Below are positions 48,544 to 61,800 of a DNA stretch of 64,000 nucleotides, piece by piece. Origin of the DNA: the human T2T-CHM13v2.0 reference genome, Homo sapiens. Location: the NCBI RefSeq assembly GCF_009914755.1, contig NC_060933.1; one strand, 5' to 3'. The position numbers were made by a program, and so were the translations under genes. A model generated the notes under the pieces. The model was not told the origin of the DNA and did not search any database. It worked only from the letters and a program-made list of their open reading frames with translations. How positions within the stretch are numbered: position 1 is the first letter of the stretch; each line of letters opens with the position of its first letter.

Positions 48544-48780
48544 TTATGACCAGTCCCTACTGAGCTGTAGAAAGCTCCGTCAGTAGAAGGCCAAGCCCAG
48601 CACTGCATGGTGGAATATGCACCATCCTCATTTGCCTATTTACAAGTTTTGCATCATTTTCATGACAAGCTGAAGTTAATGACAATATCACAGCTAAGAA
48701 ACCAGTGCCATCAATGAGTGAGTGAATGAGTGAGAAATCTTTTATCAAAAATGCGGTGCAGCCTTCTGGGATCAAACACC

Positions 48781-48890
48781 AAAAAAAAAAAAGAGAGAGA
48801 AAAGAAAGAAAAAAGGAAGAAAGACATCAAAAAAGAAAAGAGAGGAAGGAAAGAAGGAAGTGAGAGAAGGAGGGAGGGAATAAAGAAAAA
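48781..48890. repeat. A/G-rich low-complexity tract
   Basis: polyA then (aaag/gaag)-like purine run. Confidence 0.85.
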
Positions 48891-50029
48891 ACCGGGTTGC
48901 CAGTTTTATTCCTCATTCTTCATGCCTAGAATTTGGATTCACCCAACGTATGTTATTTGCTTAGATATTTTATCCAACAGTGTTTATAGTTCTGTCAAAA
49001 TCAAGGCAATTAGGGTTGCATACTAACAGTATCTGAATAAATACAGCATTATGTTGAAAGACTAGAGGAAAGCTAACGTTACTTATGGCTTGTTCATCTA
49101 ACAGTTTTGATGTACATTGATGGCAAACATTCTGTGGTTAAATCAGATATGGTACATGTTCATTGTTAAGATGCTTATTTAAATTACTGCATTTTGGTTT
49201 TGATATATACTTCGCTATTTGGATTTTTACTCCTTTAGAGAAAAGGGCATGACCATTTTTTTGGAAAAATATTGTCATAAGTGTTTCAGGCACAAATGTC
49301 TAAATCCTTCTGACATGAAAGCGATATGTTTAGATTGAAGCTGAGCAGGAAAAGAAATAACCTTATTTTTTCCCTGCTATTTGAAGCAAAAATATTCAGA
49401 CATTTTTAGATGTTTCTAGAATTTATTTTTTTTCTTTTCAATGCAGTTTAAGTTTTCAATTTATATTGATAGAAACAAATTCCAGAAAAAAAAATATATT
49501 TTTTAGGAATGACCAAAGCCATGATAGGTTGGAACAACTGAAAAGAACCAAACAGACATTTGGATGGATGTCACTTATATAAATCTACCTTACAATCCCA
49601 TGAGGGAAAAAAAATTCCTTGGGATATTTCCTGTACTCTTTGGTTTGGCTAACCAGAAGTATCTTCGAAGGAGTCTTTACACTAATACTATAAAATCTCT
49701 AATTTTGGAAGTTAGTGGAAATCAGAATCACAATGCCAACAATAAATGGAAACAAAATAAAATTATTTTTTAAAAGTTTCCCAGTTCCAGCCAACATTTT
49801 AATTATCTAAATGTCAGTGTAAGGAATCTTAACTAAAACATGTCAGCCTTTGAAGAGACAAAACATAGCACCCCATTTAGACTGACAGAGTAGATATTGG
49901 TGTTGACATAGATGAGCTCTCCTGTCCCTTTCATGAATGGCTTCATGTGTGTGGGAGTTGCAAGGAAGAGAAGAATTACTAAAACAGTTTCTTCCACCCC
50001 AAACACTGGAGAAGGATGGCAAAAGGACC

Positions 50030-50190
50030 TGATCATTAATGACAGCCATTATGGCCAGACACTTTACAAACACTATCTCCTTTAATCCTGCCACTCCCTG
50101 TAGGATAAATGTTATCCTCTTCCTTTTAATAAATGAAGAGACCAAGTCTCAGAGAACTTGAACAACTTGCCCAGGATCACATAGGACCAC
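50030..50190 (-). mobile_element. MIR
   Basis: tttaatcctgcc...aatgaagagaccaagtctcagaga...aacttgcccaggatcac. Confidence 0.75.
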
Positions 50191-51239
50191 ACACCAGAAA
50201 CATCAGCATGGTAAAATTCACTTCCATTGAAAACCATTTCTTCCTGTAGACATCCACAGCCTGCTAGACCCTTAGTCAAAGGCTATTGGCCAGCAGAAAA
50301 GCAAAAAAACAACAACAACAACAAAAAATACCTCTTCCATGATCAATCTTTGAACAAGCACAAACCAGGAAAGAGATATGGACTCTGGTGTTCTGACACC
50401 AAGACTTGGATGTTCTAGCATCGCTGCTTCTATGTTCAGTCTGAGGTTCAGAGAAGGCCTGGTTCTCTGAACACATTCACATTCTGGATGTGCCTATATA
50501 TATATACAGGTATGTCTAGGTCCACTATATCTATAGGGAGTACTTAAATCACACATAGTCCTCTCAACTTGAAACACCTCTACCAGTTGTGGAGAGAGCC
50601 ACATTGGACAGGTGTCCATTGTTTTTCTAAGAGCTGCCCCATCTTGGATGTGATGCTAATGGGATGTAATGAGAAAAAAAATCACAAAACAATCACTGAT
50701 CCCCATGAACTGAAAGCTCATATTTTAAATATTCATAATTAAGCATCCCACAGGTACATTACCAATGAGACCTTCCAAATCATAAACAATGACCTGTCAA
50801 AATCAAAAGCTACGACAGAAAAGAAAAACCACAATTTATACAGCTATCCAAAAGCAACAAAAAAGATACAACTAATTCTTGGAAAAACTGACAGGCTAGA
50901 TTTTACTCAAATTTATTTAGACCAAATGGTCTTGAGATGTGGTTAGCTGTGTTGAACTGCTGTTGCCAGGAGCATGAAACTTTGTATGAATTCGTCTGAA
51001 AAAAAAAAAAAAAGCTGCTGTATTTAGTAGGTTTTCATCAGAATCTTAAACACCTTGATCAATAGCTTAATATGGCTCAACTATCTGGAATACAATTTGC
51101 AGGTAAATCAACATGACATGCCTCACAGGGTCCAATTTCTCCAATTAGACATGGCACAGTGCTATATTTGAGTAAGCGGAATGGAAAGATGGTCATTCTT
51201 TACTTCAGCTTTTTCCCAGGCTAACCTCTCAACCATGCT

Positions 51240-51600
51240 TTGATCACTCTCCATTCTTAGAACTTATTTGGCATCAGGCTCCATGAATGGCATAGAGAAT
51301 GAGGTAATAACAAAGATACAGTTCCTCTAAGAAGCACAAAGCCTACTGGGGAATATAGGCAAGTAAACCATCAACTGCAAGATAATCTTATAGCCTAAGT
51401 CCAGAGAACCTTGAAACATCAATCTGAACCATCTTCAGCCAAACTCAGGGAAGATTTCCAAGAAAATGTGAAGCTTGATCTAAGTCTTGAAGAACAAGGG
51501 AAGCATACTGGGTAGAGAAGGAAGAAGAGGACCCCAGGTGAAACGAACAGCATGTGGGAAGGTATGCGAGTATGAAAGAGTCTTATATGTTTGAATGTCT
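51240..51600 (-). mobile_element. L2 fragment
   Basis: tcagggaagatttccaagaaaatgtgaagcttgatctaagtcttgaag, aacagcatgtgggaagg. Confidence 0.6.
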
Positions 51601-52029
51601 GGTTCTTCTCTTCTAATGGGAGGCTGGATGGGTCCTGAGAGGTCCAAGTGGTGGAAGCATCACCTTAAATCATAGATCTAAAGTCTCAGAGCTGTGGGTT
51701 TACTAAAATCAATAAAGCATGCAAACTGAGGTTCCAGAAGGCAGACTGAGAGATCCAAACTATCCACCAAATTAAGTAGAATCTGAGAATGGTATCAGAA
51801 GGCAAAATGTGGGGCCAGGGGAATCTAAGAGCCAGGAGGTTATAAGTGGTAATATTATGTTGGAGAGGCAGGGGGTGGGGGAGTCACTGTTCAGGAGGGT
51901 CTTTTACATGCTTTTTGCAGCAATATATGAGTCCGTTCTAGTTAAAATACCAGAGCAAGAATGTTCAAACTAATGGTAGTTTAATCTGTGTCCTTGTAGA
52001 TAAACCTACCAAATGTATAATAAAAACTG

Positions 52030-52516
52030 ATTAGAGTCCAGGACTGTTTAATTAGAGTCAGAAAACAGAAACCACTCTAGGTATTCAAACAGAGGGAATT
52101 TAATACAGGAAATCATTTATACACATAGCTGAGAAACCACACAACGGTGGTGAGTTACTCATAGATTAGTAACAGCAGGAAACTTCTAACACACCCAATG
52201 CTGAAGGGAGCACAGGGGCCAGGATCAGAAGAAAGACACTGGAACCATGATAGCCCTGTCCAACAGGGGCTGGAGTCTTGGAGGGACAAAGCTAATGCTG
52301 GAGCTGCTACCCAAAGCAGAGATGAGGGAAGAAATACCCTGGACTATCACCTCGTCCTGCCCTCCAGTCTTCTGCCAGTTTCTTGTCCTCCTATCGACCA
52401 AACCAACTGAGAAGCCAGAGAGCAAAGAAGCCTGGAAAATGTAGTTCCTTATAATAGAGAGCAGGGCAAAAAAGGGCAAAGAGAGCATCTGACAGTAAAC
52501 AAGCGAATAACCAGCA
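52030..52516 (-). mobile_element. Old ERVL-class LTR (LTR33-like)
   Basis: gaaaacagaaaccactctaggtattcaaacagagggaatttaat...aaataccctgg...gaagccagagagcaaagaagcctgg...gaataaccagca. Confidence 0.65.
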
Positions 52517-52929
52517 AAGTCAAAGTTAAGACAGAAGACAGAAGACACAGGGAGAACAAGATCATGAAGCATCCTTTTTGTATTTTATTCTTCGGAAAAC
52601 AGAAAATGGTTAAACAGTTTTAACTATAGCCATCTTGGTGTTTTATAAAGATCACTCTGGCTACATATGGAGGCTGAGTTTTAGGAGGGTGACTGTAAGA
52701 AGCCAGAATACTGTTGTGATTGATTTAGCTAAAAGGCAGAACAGCAATGTTCATGGTCCTAGGCATAGGGATGCCAAGAGTCAATGTAGGGCTTGGGGTC
52801 TCCATCAAACATCACCATGAGAACAACCAAAAGCCCTCCTTGAAGATAAACATCCTGATTTTGAGTGAACACTGAAGCTTTTATCTAGCTGGACAAAATT
52901 ACACATTGGATTTTATACTTAAATTCACT

Positions 52930-53281
52930 TGGTAGCATTTCATTTCCTGGCCCCCTTGTGGCTGGGTAGGGTCATGGGACTAGTTCTGACCAAAGAGGTA
53001 CAAGCAGGCGTGGTCTGTATCACTTCCAGGCAAGGGCATTAAATTGCCAGTGTGAGACCCTCCAGAGTTCACACTCTCACTCAGCTGCGATGACCAGCAA
53101 CATTTGATATGGTAGCTGCTTCGTCAACCTGGGTCCCCAAGTAAGCAGGCATGGTGCAGAGTCCCCTAGCAAACTGACAGTGGACAAATCCCATGGGCAA
53201 GAAGGAATCCATCTTTGTTGTACACAGAGATTTTGGAGTTCTTGTTAATACAGCATAACCTAGCCAATCCTGGCTAATACC
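52930..53281 (+). mobile_element. MaLR LTR, MLT1J-like
   Basis: gggtcatgggactagttctgacc...tcacttccaggc...gagattttggag...cagcataacctagcc..tcctggctaatac. Confidence 0.8.
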
Positions 53282-53679
53282 ATAGCCATAATATCCTTCA
53301 GAGTACCAGTCTCAATTTCCTCTTCTGTATAAAAAGGGAATAATACCATTCTCGTATGTAATTTTAACAATAAAATAACCTGCTATATGTGGATGTGCTT
53401 TGTAAATGACAGCTGTTTTTCTTTATTCAGTAAACTGGAGGTATGACCAATATCTTTTTAAAGAGGACAAATATGACGAGAGGAAATAATTACTCTTCAG
53501 TTATTTTTTTCTACCTCTTAAAAGAAAACTTTATGTTCCATTTCAATAGGCTTCCACACTGATGGCAACGTCTTTAGATAAAATTTTGTAGCTTTGAGTG
53601 ACAGGTTTGGGAAGATCTTTCTTACTGCTTGCTGATATAGTATATACAGACCTCTAGCAGGTCTCGGCCACCTTTGACT

Positions 53680-53740
53680 AGCCCTTTTGAAATGTGTACT
53701 CCTGTACCTCAGCCCTTTTGAAATGTGTACACCTGTACCT
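53680..53740. repeat. 31-bp tandem duplication (1 mismatch)
   Basis: agcccttttgaaatgtgtac(t/a)cctgtacct x2. Confidence 0.93.
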
Positions 53741-54019
53741 GAGGAGACACCACTGTCAGCTTTGGCTGGAAAAAAAAATTCCTCTAATGTGTGTTACTCA
53801 ACCCAGCATCACCCTTCTACCAAGCTTTGGATTCATTTATTTAATTAGCAGTCACAGAAATATATTAAGCATCTTTTATGTGCTAGGGTCAGGGTAGCTA
53901 TACTTTCTGAAATTCAAATTAGGACAGAAGGCCTAACAACCAAAATTGTACAGGCAGAAACAGAATGTTGAAGCTGAGCCTATCATGGATAATATGGCCA
54001 TCTATGATAGCAAATGGGT

Positions 54020-55030
54020 ATTCATTCATTTATTCACTCATTCATTCATTCACCACTTACTGACTTCCCACTACATGCTGTGACTGCCAGTAATAAACAA
54101 AAATAGTTACCATCTCTGCCCTCAACTTACTTACCATCTGGATAGGGAGAGACATGTTAGTGAAATAACCACAGAAACATGTCAACTGGCCACTGAGATA
54201 AGTGATATAACAGCCATAATGTCATAAAAATGTCAAGGCATTCAACTTAGCCAAGGAGGTCAAATGAGCTCTCCTGCAGGAATTTATGCTTAAGCTGAGA
54301 TTTGAAGGTGACTGACTGGAGAGAAGAGGCTATTTCACACAGAAGGAAGACATGGGCAAAGGCATTGTGAGTAGAAGAGACCAAAAGACAGCTGGAATAG
54401 AGAATGCAAGGAGGAAATGATGTGAGGTGAGTTTGGATTCATGGCAGATGAGTAGGAAACGCTCAGCACTGATGTACCAAGAGCAATAAGAAGCCACGGA
54501 AGACATACAGAGAAGTGTCAGACATGACAACAATCTGACCCTGGGTGGCATAATGTCTGACAAGAGGACAAGACATGTCCAGCAGTAGCAATAAATTAAG
54601 GGAGATACCAGAATGCAAACTCTCCAAAGTCAGGGATCTTTGTTTGTTCACTGAGTCACCCTAAATACCTAGAATAGTACCTGGTTCATGGGAGGAACTC
54701 AATAAGTATGTGTTGAATGGATAATGAGACAGGACTTAGAGGGGCCCAATGAAGAAGCATCACTCTCAGAGATCAGGGAGGGTGTCAGGAGGCAACATCT
54801 GAGCTGCATCTTGAAGGCCAAGCTAGGATCATGCTACACGGAGATGAAGAGTTCAGTTATTCAGGGAGGTATTCCAGGGAGAGAGGCCTGCTTGAGCACC
54901 TGAGCAGGGAAGCCTCAGAGTCACAGATGGGATGGGCAGTTCACTTTGGCTGGAACACAGGGTGCATGAAGGGGAGTCGTGAAAAGTGAGACTGCAAAGG
55001 CAGGTTAAGGTTAGCTACTAGGGGGCCACT
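54020..55030. mobile_element. L2 fragments (minus-strand pieces plus a plus-strand 3' end at ~54620-54722)
   Basis: (ttca)n terminus at 54020; cctagaatagtacctgg...ctcaataagtatgtgttgaatg. Confidence 0.65.
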
Positions 55031-55764
55031 TTGAATGTCAAAATCATTTCCCAAGCTTATCCATATACCTTCTCTTGGCATTTGCATTTCTCACTTGTGG
55101 GAATGCTGTGTACTATAGCAGGAGGAAACAGGCGCCAGGAAATCCAGCTCTGGAGAAGTACCAACTCTGCACCAACGTGATGATAGAATTTTTGTTTGTT
55201 TTTATTTGGGAATTCCAGCAGGCGAGCCAGCCCTCCTCAGCACATCCTCCAGGGAGCCACTGACCGTCTTCCCTCTATCTGACACGTGGATCTCACAACC
55301 CTAGCCTGCACTTGTTCTACCCTTTGGGAGGCAGAGACAGGGATGTGGAACTGAGTGAATGTAATTCGTAATTCCGACACCATCCAGGAAGAACGTGGGC
55401 TGCCGTTCAGTCAGGCAGAACTTCTAAAGAAGTGTTTCTCCCATGGAGACTCCAGACACTGTCTGCTTGCCACTGTTAATATATGTTGAACTGCTCTTGG
55501 ACAAATCAGAGCTGTTGGAACGAATTACTGATCACAAGAGTTCTGAGTGTTAGTGGGTGGTAGGAATGAAATTCAAGTTACACTCTTTTGCTCTGTGTTT
55601 GGGTGTATTCCATTCCTTTCTTAACTTTTTGATGTTGGGTTCACTAAAAGAATAACAGATTGAGAGTCAGGAGTCCTACACAGTAATTCTAGTTTGCCAC
55701 AAACTAGTTTAAGTCTTAGTTACTTGACCTTTCTGGGTTTCCTCATCAATTAAAAATTGATACC

Positions 55765-56063
55765 AGACCAGGCGTGGTGGCTCACATCTGTAATCCCAGC
55801 ATTTTGGGAGGCTGAAGCAGGAGGACCACTTGAGCTCAGGAGTTTGAGACCAGCCTGGGCAACACAGGAAAATCCCATCACTACAAAAAATTTAAAGATT
55901 AGTTGGTGGGCCTGTGGTTCCAGCAACTTGGGAGGCTGAGGTGGGAAGATCACTTGAGCCCAGGAGCTCAAGGCTGCAATTAGTTATGATCACACCACTG
56001 CACTGCAGCCTGGACGATAGAGTGAAACCCTGTCTCAGAAAAAATAAATAATAATAATAATAA
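55765..56063 (+). mobile_element. AluJ (Jo/Jr-like)
   Basis: gaggaccacttgagctcaggagtttgag, aaggctgcaattagttatgatc; (taa)n tail. Confidence 0.93.
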
Positions 56064-56438
56064 AGCAGAGGGTAGAGAGTAAGGGAGTGTGGACAACTGG
56101 GGCCCTCTGTGGCTGGGATGTGCCAAGGTCTTTGATCAGGAAGGTAGCATTTGGGTGAAGGATGGTCCAAGGCAGCAGAGATTGAGAGGCATACAGAGCA
56201 GCAGTGGCTTTGGTGCCAGTCCCTTCCACACGAGGCTTCATTGAGCACTCACTCTGTGTTTATTCCAAATGCTTTACAAGTATTAACCCAGCTAATTCCT
56301 GAAATTGTTTCAATGAAAAGAAATGACCAACAAACCTGGACTGAGAATCTGTTTTGGACCCACAACTGTGCTAAGCACTGGGAACATGGCAGTGAACTCC
56401 CAAGATATCCACCCCTTGATGTCCCAAACATAGCCATC

Positions 56439-56823
56439 TGATATGGTTTGGCTATGTCCCCCACCAAATCTCATCTTCAACTGTAACTCTCAAAATTCCC
56501 GTATGCTGTGGGAGGAACCCAGTGGGAGGTAATTGAATTATGGGGGTGGGTCTTTCCCACGCTGTTCTCGTGATAGTGAGTAAGTCTCACAAGACCTGAT
56601 GGTTTGTTTGTTTTTTTTTTTAAAAAAGGAGTTTCCCTGCACAAGCTTTTTCTCTTTGCCTACTGCTATCCATGTAAGATGTGACATGCTGCTCCTTGCC
56701 TTCTGCCATGATTGTGAGGCCTCCCCAGGCATATGGATCTGTAAGTCCATTAAACCTCTTTCTTCTGTAAATTGCCTAGTCTTCGGTATGTCTTTATTAG
56801 CAGAGTGAAAATGAACTAATTCA
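56439..56823 (+). mobile_element. THE1B-like solo LTR
   Basis: tgatatggtttggct...gagtttccctgcacaagct...attaaacctctt...aactaattca; perfect TSD ccatc (56434-56438, 56824-56828). Confidence 0.94.
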
Positions 56824-57894
56824 CCATCCTACTTCCTCCTGTCATCTGTAGCTATGTTATTTGAAAACAGGAGTCATGCTCCCAGGCCCAAGTCTTCTTT
56901 GCTGCAGACTGAACATCCTGTGTCCTCTGCTCTGATCATTTTCCTTTGTCCAGATCCTCCTGAAATTGCATCCAGGAGGGAACACGCATGGTGGCCTAGG
57001 ATGGAAGTGGTGTTACTATATTTTATAATGCAGCCCTACAGCCAGACAGTGACCTAGCCTAGCATAGGTAAAAATGCAGATCACATTGCTGATTACAAAT
57101 GGAACCGAGTTTGGGGTACCTATGAAAAATACCAGAAAGAAACCTCTATCACCTCCCACCAGTCTGATACTTTGTCATTCTCCTTGTCTCTAAAAAGACA
57201 TTTTATAACTGAATTAATAGGAAAGTCAGTGAGCATCTCTAGGGGACTTTTTGCCCATGTACTGAGTTCCTACTGGGATCCGCTCCATAGACCAAGATCA
57301 CTTTGTTATAAATGTCTTAGATTTAGGCCTCAATTTCCCCAATCCACAATGTTTTCCCATTTGCTTTGCCCCAGGTCTGATCTGTCTTCCTCAAATCACC
57401 TCCTAGGTGCATGCTTGGAGAAGTGGAGCAGTTAAGAGCTTTTGCTCCAGCCCTGTCTCCATGTAGTGCAATACCTGAACACCTGGAGACTCCTGCCCTT
57501 TCTGGTTGCAGGTGCATTGGGGACTCTATGGACTGATGGCTCTGCTCTGTGGCCTTCTGCCTCTGGAGAGGGAGAGGATTCCTTATGATCCTTCTTTCCT
57601 CCTCAGGTGGTCTGACAGGGGATGGGAGGGTGCTGGGGGTAGGGTGGTGGTGGCAGCAAAGGTTCATGTCTGATTTTTCTTGAGCATTTAAGACAATACA
57701 CAGCACACAGAAGGCGCTCAGTCAACCTTTGTTGAATGAATGAATGAATGAACAAAGGAACACGTGAAAAGCAACTGATGTTGAGCCTGGAGAAGCTAGT
57801 ATTTTCTCTCAGAATTCTCTGGGCACCCTCTATTCTTCTGGCCAATGCCTAGTGTTAGAGGAGAGCCCTTCTTCCTCAGGAGGGAAGGGGAAAT

Positions 57895-58100
57895 AAGGAA
57901 CATGTATTGGGCACCAGTTGTGTGCCAGGAACTTTATTTACATTGGCTCAGACAATCCTCACAGCAACCCTGTGAAGGTGGTATTACTAGCCCCCATTTT
58001 ACAGTTGAGGAAACTGAGATTCTCACTGCTAAGCCACTTGCCCAAGGACATAGAGCTGGTAAGTGGCATGGTGGGAATTAGAACACCTTGATCCAGCTGG
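57895..58100 (-). mobile_element. MIR
   Basis: cccccattttacagttgaggaaactgag...cttgcccaagg. Confidence 0.82.
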
Positions 58101-61100
58101 CTGTGAACACTTGATGCTTGCTACAGTGCACCAAGCTGGCCTGATAGCAAAGTTATTGCAAGAACTGACTCAGGCCCACAGCCTCATAGGCTAAGTTCTC
58201 CCTAGTGAACTTCCAGAGAGTCAGGCTGCCCTGTGATGGGGTGGGTGGGAATAAAGGGAGCTAGCACAACACCCCATCTGTAGAGGTGTGCAAGCCTGGT
58301 GCCATGTGGTGGCTGGTCTGGCTAGTCACCAAAGCTTCTCTCAACCCTTAGGTCCCTCGCCTTGGTTCCAAGAGATAAAGGATTCTCTCCCAGGTTGCTT
58401 TGGGCCTCAGGGCTATTCTCCTGCTCCTTCCACTGCAAACCAATCCAAGAAATCACACGGTTTGGGATCAAAGCTGCTGGGAGGCGTCCTGAAGCACTCT
58501 GTGCTGACCCGCTGCTGATCCCTTGAGCTGCTGGGGAGGTCTGGGGAGTATCTTCGTGGTGGGGCTGGGGCCATCCACCCACAGGAGGCTGCCTGAGGGG
58601 AGAGAAACCCAAGAAGGCTTCTGTCTCCTCTCCTTAAAGCGGAGCCAGTCTTAAGAGCAGAAACAAGCTCAACTTGAATCACTCTTTTCAGCTCTTTCTG
58701 AGCAGCTGCCGGGACTGTGGCGTGAAGAGGAAATGGGAGGACTCAAAGCAACTTCCATGGATTTTCTTAGAAAGTGCTCACCCTTGTTTCACCCAGAAAA
58801 TAGCATCAGAGGACATCTCTAAAGCTTCTCATTAGGACCCTTAGGATCAAGGCAAATGCTGGTCCTTGAGGAGCATGAAAATGGAAAACCGTTTGCTAAC
58901 TGCTGCTTGTAGATCTGTCACCCCAAAACCATTGTAGAAATTGGCAAAGAGCTCAGAGACAGAGTTTCATTTCTTGAATCCAAGGTAAAAAAAAAAAAAA
59001 AAATTCATGCTGGGTGGTCAGATTGGTTTCATCACGTGATCAGGACCTTCAGCGGCATTAATGTTCGGTAACAAGCACGAACATGAAATGATGAATCTGA
59101 CGAATACTAAAAAGTCCCAGAATTATATGTTATAGCTGTTTGCCTTCTGCCATGTTTACTCAAGTGTTTGATCTTTTCCTGCTCCCAACTGCATGAATTT
59201 CAAGAGGGAAATACTTGTGAATTTTGTTTTTATACTGTATCCCCCCTTCAGGCTGAGATTCCAAGGCTGTCAGTAGTACTACCTAAGTGGGGAAGACTTT
59301 GGGAGAAAGGCATAACATACCCAGTTAGGAATCCAGTGTTACTGAGGAACTGAAAGACAGCCTGACCATGTCACCACCATTTTTATGATAATCATTTCCT
59401 GTTTAGTTTCAAGGATGGCCATACTTTTTCTGTTGGTGTATTTCTATAAAGCAGCTTCTTTGCCCGTTAAAACATATTAACCACCAAGACAGAAAATTAG
59501 GAATTAGTCACATTATTAGATTGATAAATATGCACTAACAACTCTTGACTTGGGTGAGGCAGCAAATGGAAACAGAAATCCCACTGAACCAGGCTGTATC
59601 CCAGCTCTCCAGTGAGCGGCAGCCTCCCTAAGCCTCAGGTGTCTTGTCTTCAAGCTGGGAATGACTGCTTCTTCCCGGCCTAAGGATTCTGTGAGCACCA
59701 ACTTGGAACCCTGTATATGAGATGCCTTTGTCAACCATGCTACACCTTCTTCAATGTGGAACATGACAGATATTGATCAGCATGGTGGCCCCTGGCTTAT
59801 TATCTGTAATGAAGGAATGGTCTTTCCAACATGACTGCTAGTCCCAGACACAAATAAAATAAAATTGTAGTCCCGCTGAATATTAAGGAAAAGTGGGGAG
59901 CAGCAATGATGTCATTAAACACAGGAAATCAGGCCTGGATGCTATTGAAATGTTTTAAATAAATGCACTCCATCATTGATCAGGCACCTCTTCTAGGTGG
60001 CAGTGGGGAAACTGAGGCACAGGCCCTCAGTTGAAGGGAAACCACCATCTTGTGAAGAGACCAGAAAACAGGGCAGATGTTAAAACCATGTGTCCTGAGG
60101 TGTGAGGTAAGCTCAGAGAACACCTGAGCCAAAATCAGGTGATCTGGGACAAGTACCTCAAAAAAGCTTTAATGATTGGAATCCAAGGGCGCACCGCCCA
60201 GAAGCAGAATGAACCCCCTCCAATTTGCTGCAAAGTGCCCAAGTTCACCTTTCATTCTTGCCCCAGGGATCGGCAGCCCAGGGAAACAGTTAGCTATGCT
60301 CTTGTCTTTGCCCTTGTCTCTCGGGTGTACTTGTCATTCCCACCTGCTGCTGTGTTTATATTCTTCTGCGAGGCCATCAGCTTCTCGGCACAGGGGCTGA
60401 AGGTGATGGAAGTGGTGGCTGCTGCTGCTAACATCAAGTGTGAGCTCTCAGAGCTAATTCCACTAGGAGATACTCACACCCACCTCCCAGGGGTGGCACC
60501 TGGGAGTGTCCAGGAGGAAGAGTCAAGCCCGAAGAATGCCTAGACCATTGTTAAGGAGCTGCTCCTCCCCGCTGCTCTTTGTGTCATTTAGGCCAGGAGG
60601 ATTAGGGCGTGTTTTGAGGTTGGCCTGGGGGGATGCCCCATTTCCCCAAACACAGAATGCAATTACAACAGAGGGAGGTCACAGGGCCTGATCTTGTAAG
60701 CAAATAATGCTGTCACTAGAGACGGAGAAACTAATGATTTATGTCATTTCCCTCTAACTCCTCACTTTCACGAAGCCCCATTACTCAGACCTGGGACAAA
60801 GGTCTGAGTAAGCTGGGGCCCCTCCCACACACAAGCCATGACATGATGAGCTGTTTCAGGCCATGTGCCTTCTGCATGGAGTTCCCTACCTCCACTTCTG
60901 TGCCTCAGGGAAGCTCCTACACATCCCATAAGGCCCCATTCAACTGTCACCTCCTGCCTGTAATCTGGACTAATCAGTAGAACTAACTGAATTACAGCAC
61001 CAAGCCCTGAACTGCCATAGGTCAGCTGCAAACGGGCTGGGCATATTCGATGCCATGAAGAAGTAAGGGTTCTTATAGCAAAGAAGAAAATGCAAAGGAG

Positions 61101-61213
61101 TATTAGGTAGGAAATAAATAGCGCCTGCCATCAAAATAGTGCATTTTGTACTCCCCACCCATCATTTTCTCCTTTTGGTGACCATAAGATATATTAACAT
61201 ATTAAAGTTTTGA

Positions 61214-61606
<393 letters not shown>

Positions 61607-61619
61607 TAAAATTCTTTAG

Positions 61620-61800
61620 AAAACACGTTTGAGAAATGCTATCATCTATTTGAGACACGTAACATTTCTAGGAGATAAACATAATTATTCCCATTTTATA
61701 GATGATGAGATTGAGGCATCAGGTGATCAAGTAAGTTGTAAAAGTTTACCCAGCTAGGAAGCAGCAGAATCTGGGATTGGAAGCCAAGGCTTCCAACTCC
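61620..61800 (-). mobile_element. MIR
   Basis: attcccattttatagatgatgagattgaggc. Confidence 0.72.

Larger units (their letters stand above)
46950..48743. repeat. Right arm of long inverted repeat, split by LTR12
   Basis: Blocks 46950-46983, 47052-47189 and 48544-48743 match the left arm in reverse. Confidence 0.9.

Noticed and set aside
59018-59105. C/D-box snoRNA (RTGATGA and CTGA present)
   Set aside because: On both strands the C-like and D-like boxes are only a few nt apart rather than at opposite ends
60139-60543. 134-aa ORF in unique DNA
   Set aside because: No recognisable domain, non-ATG start, no convincing exon structure
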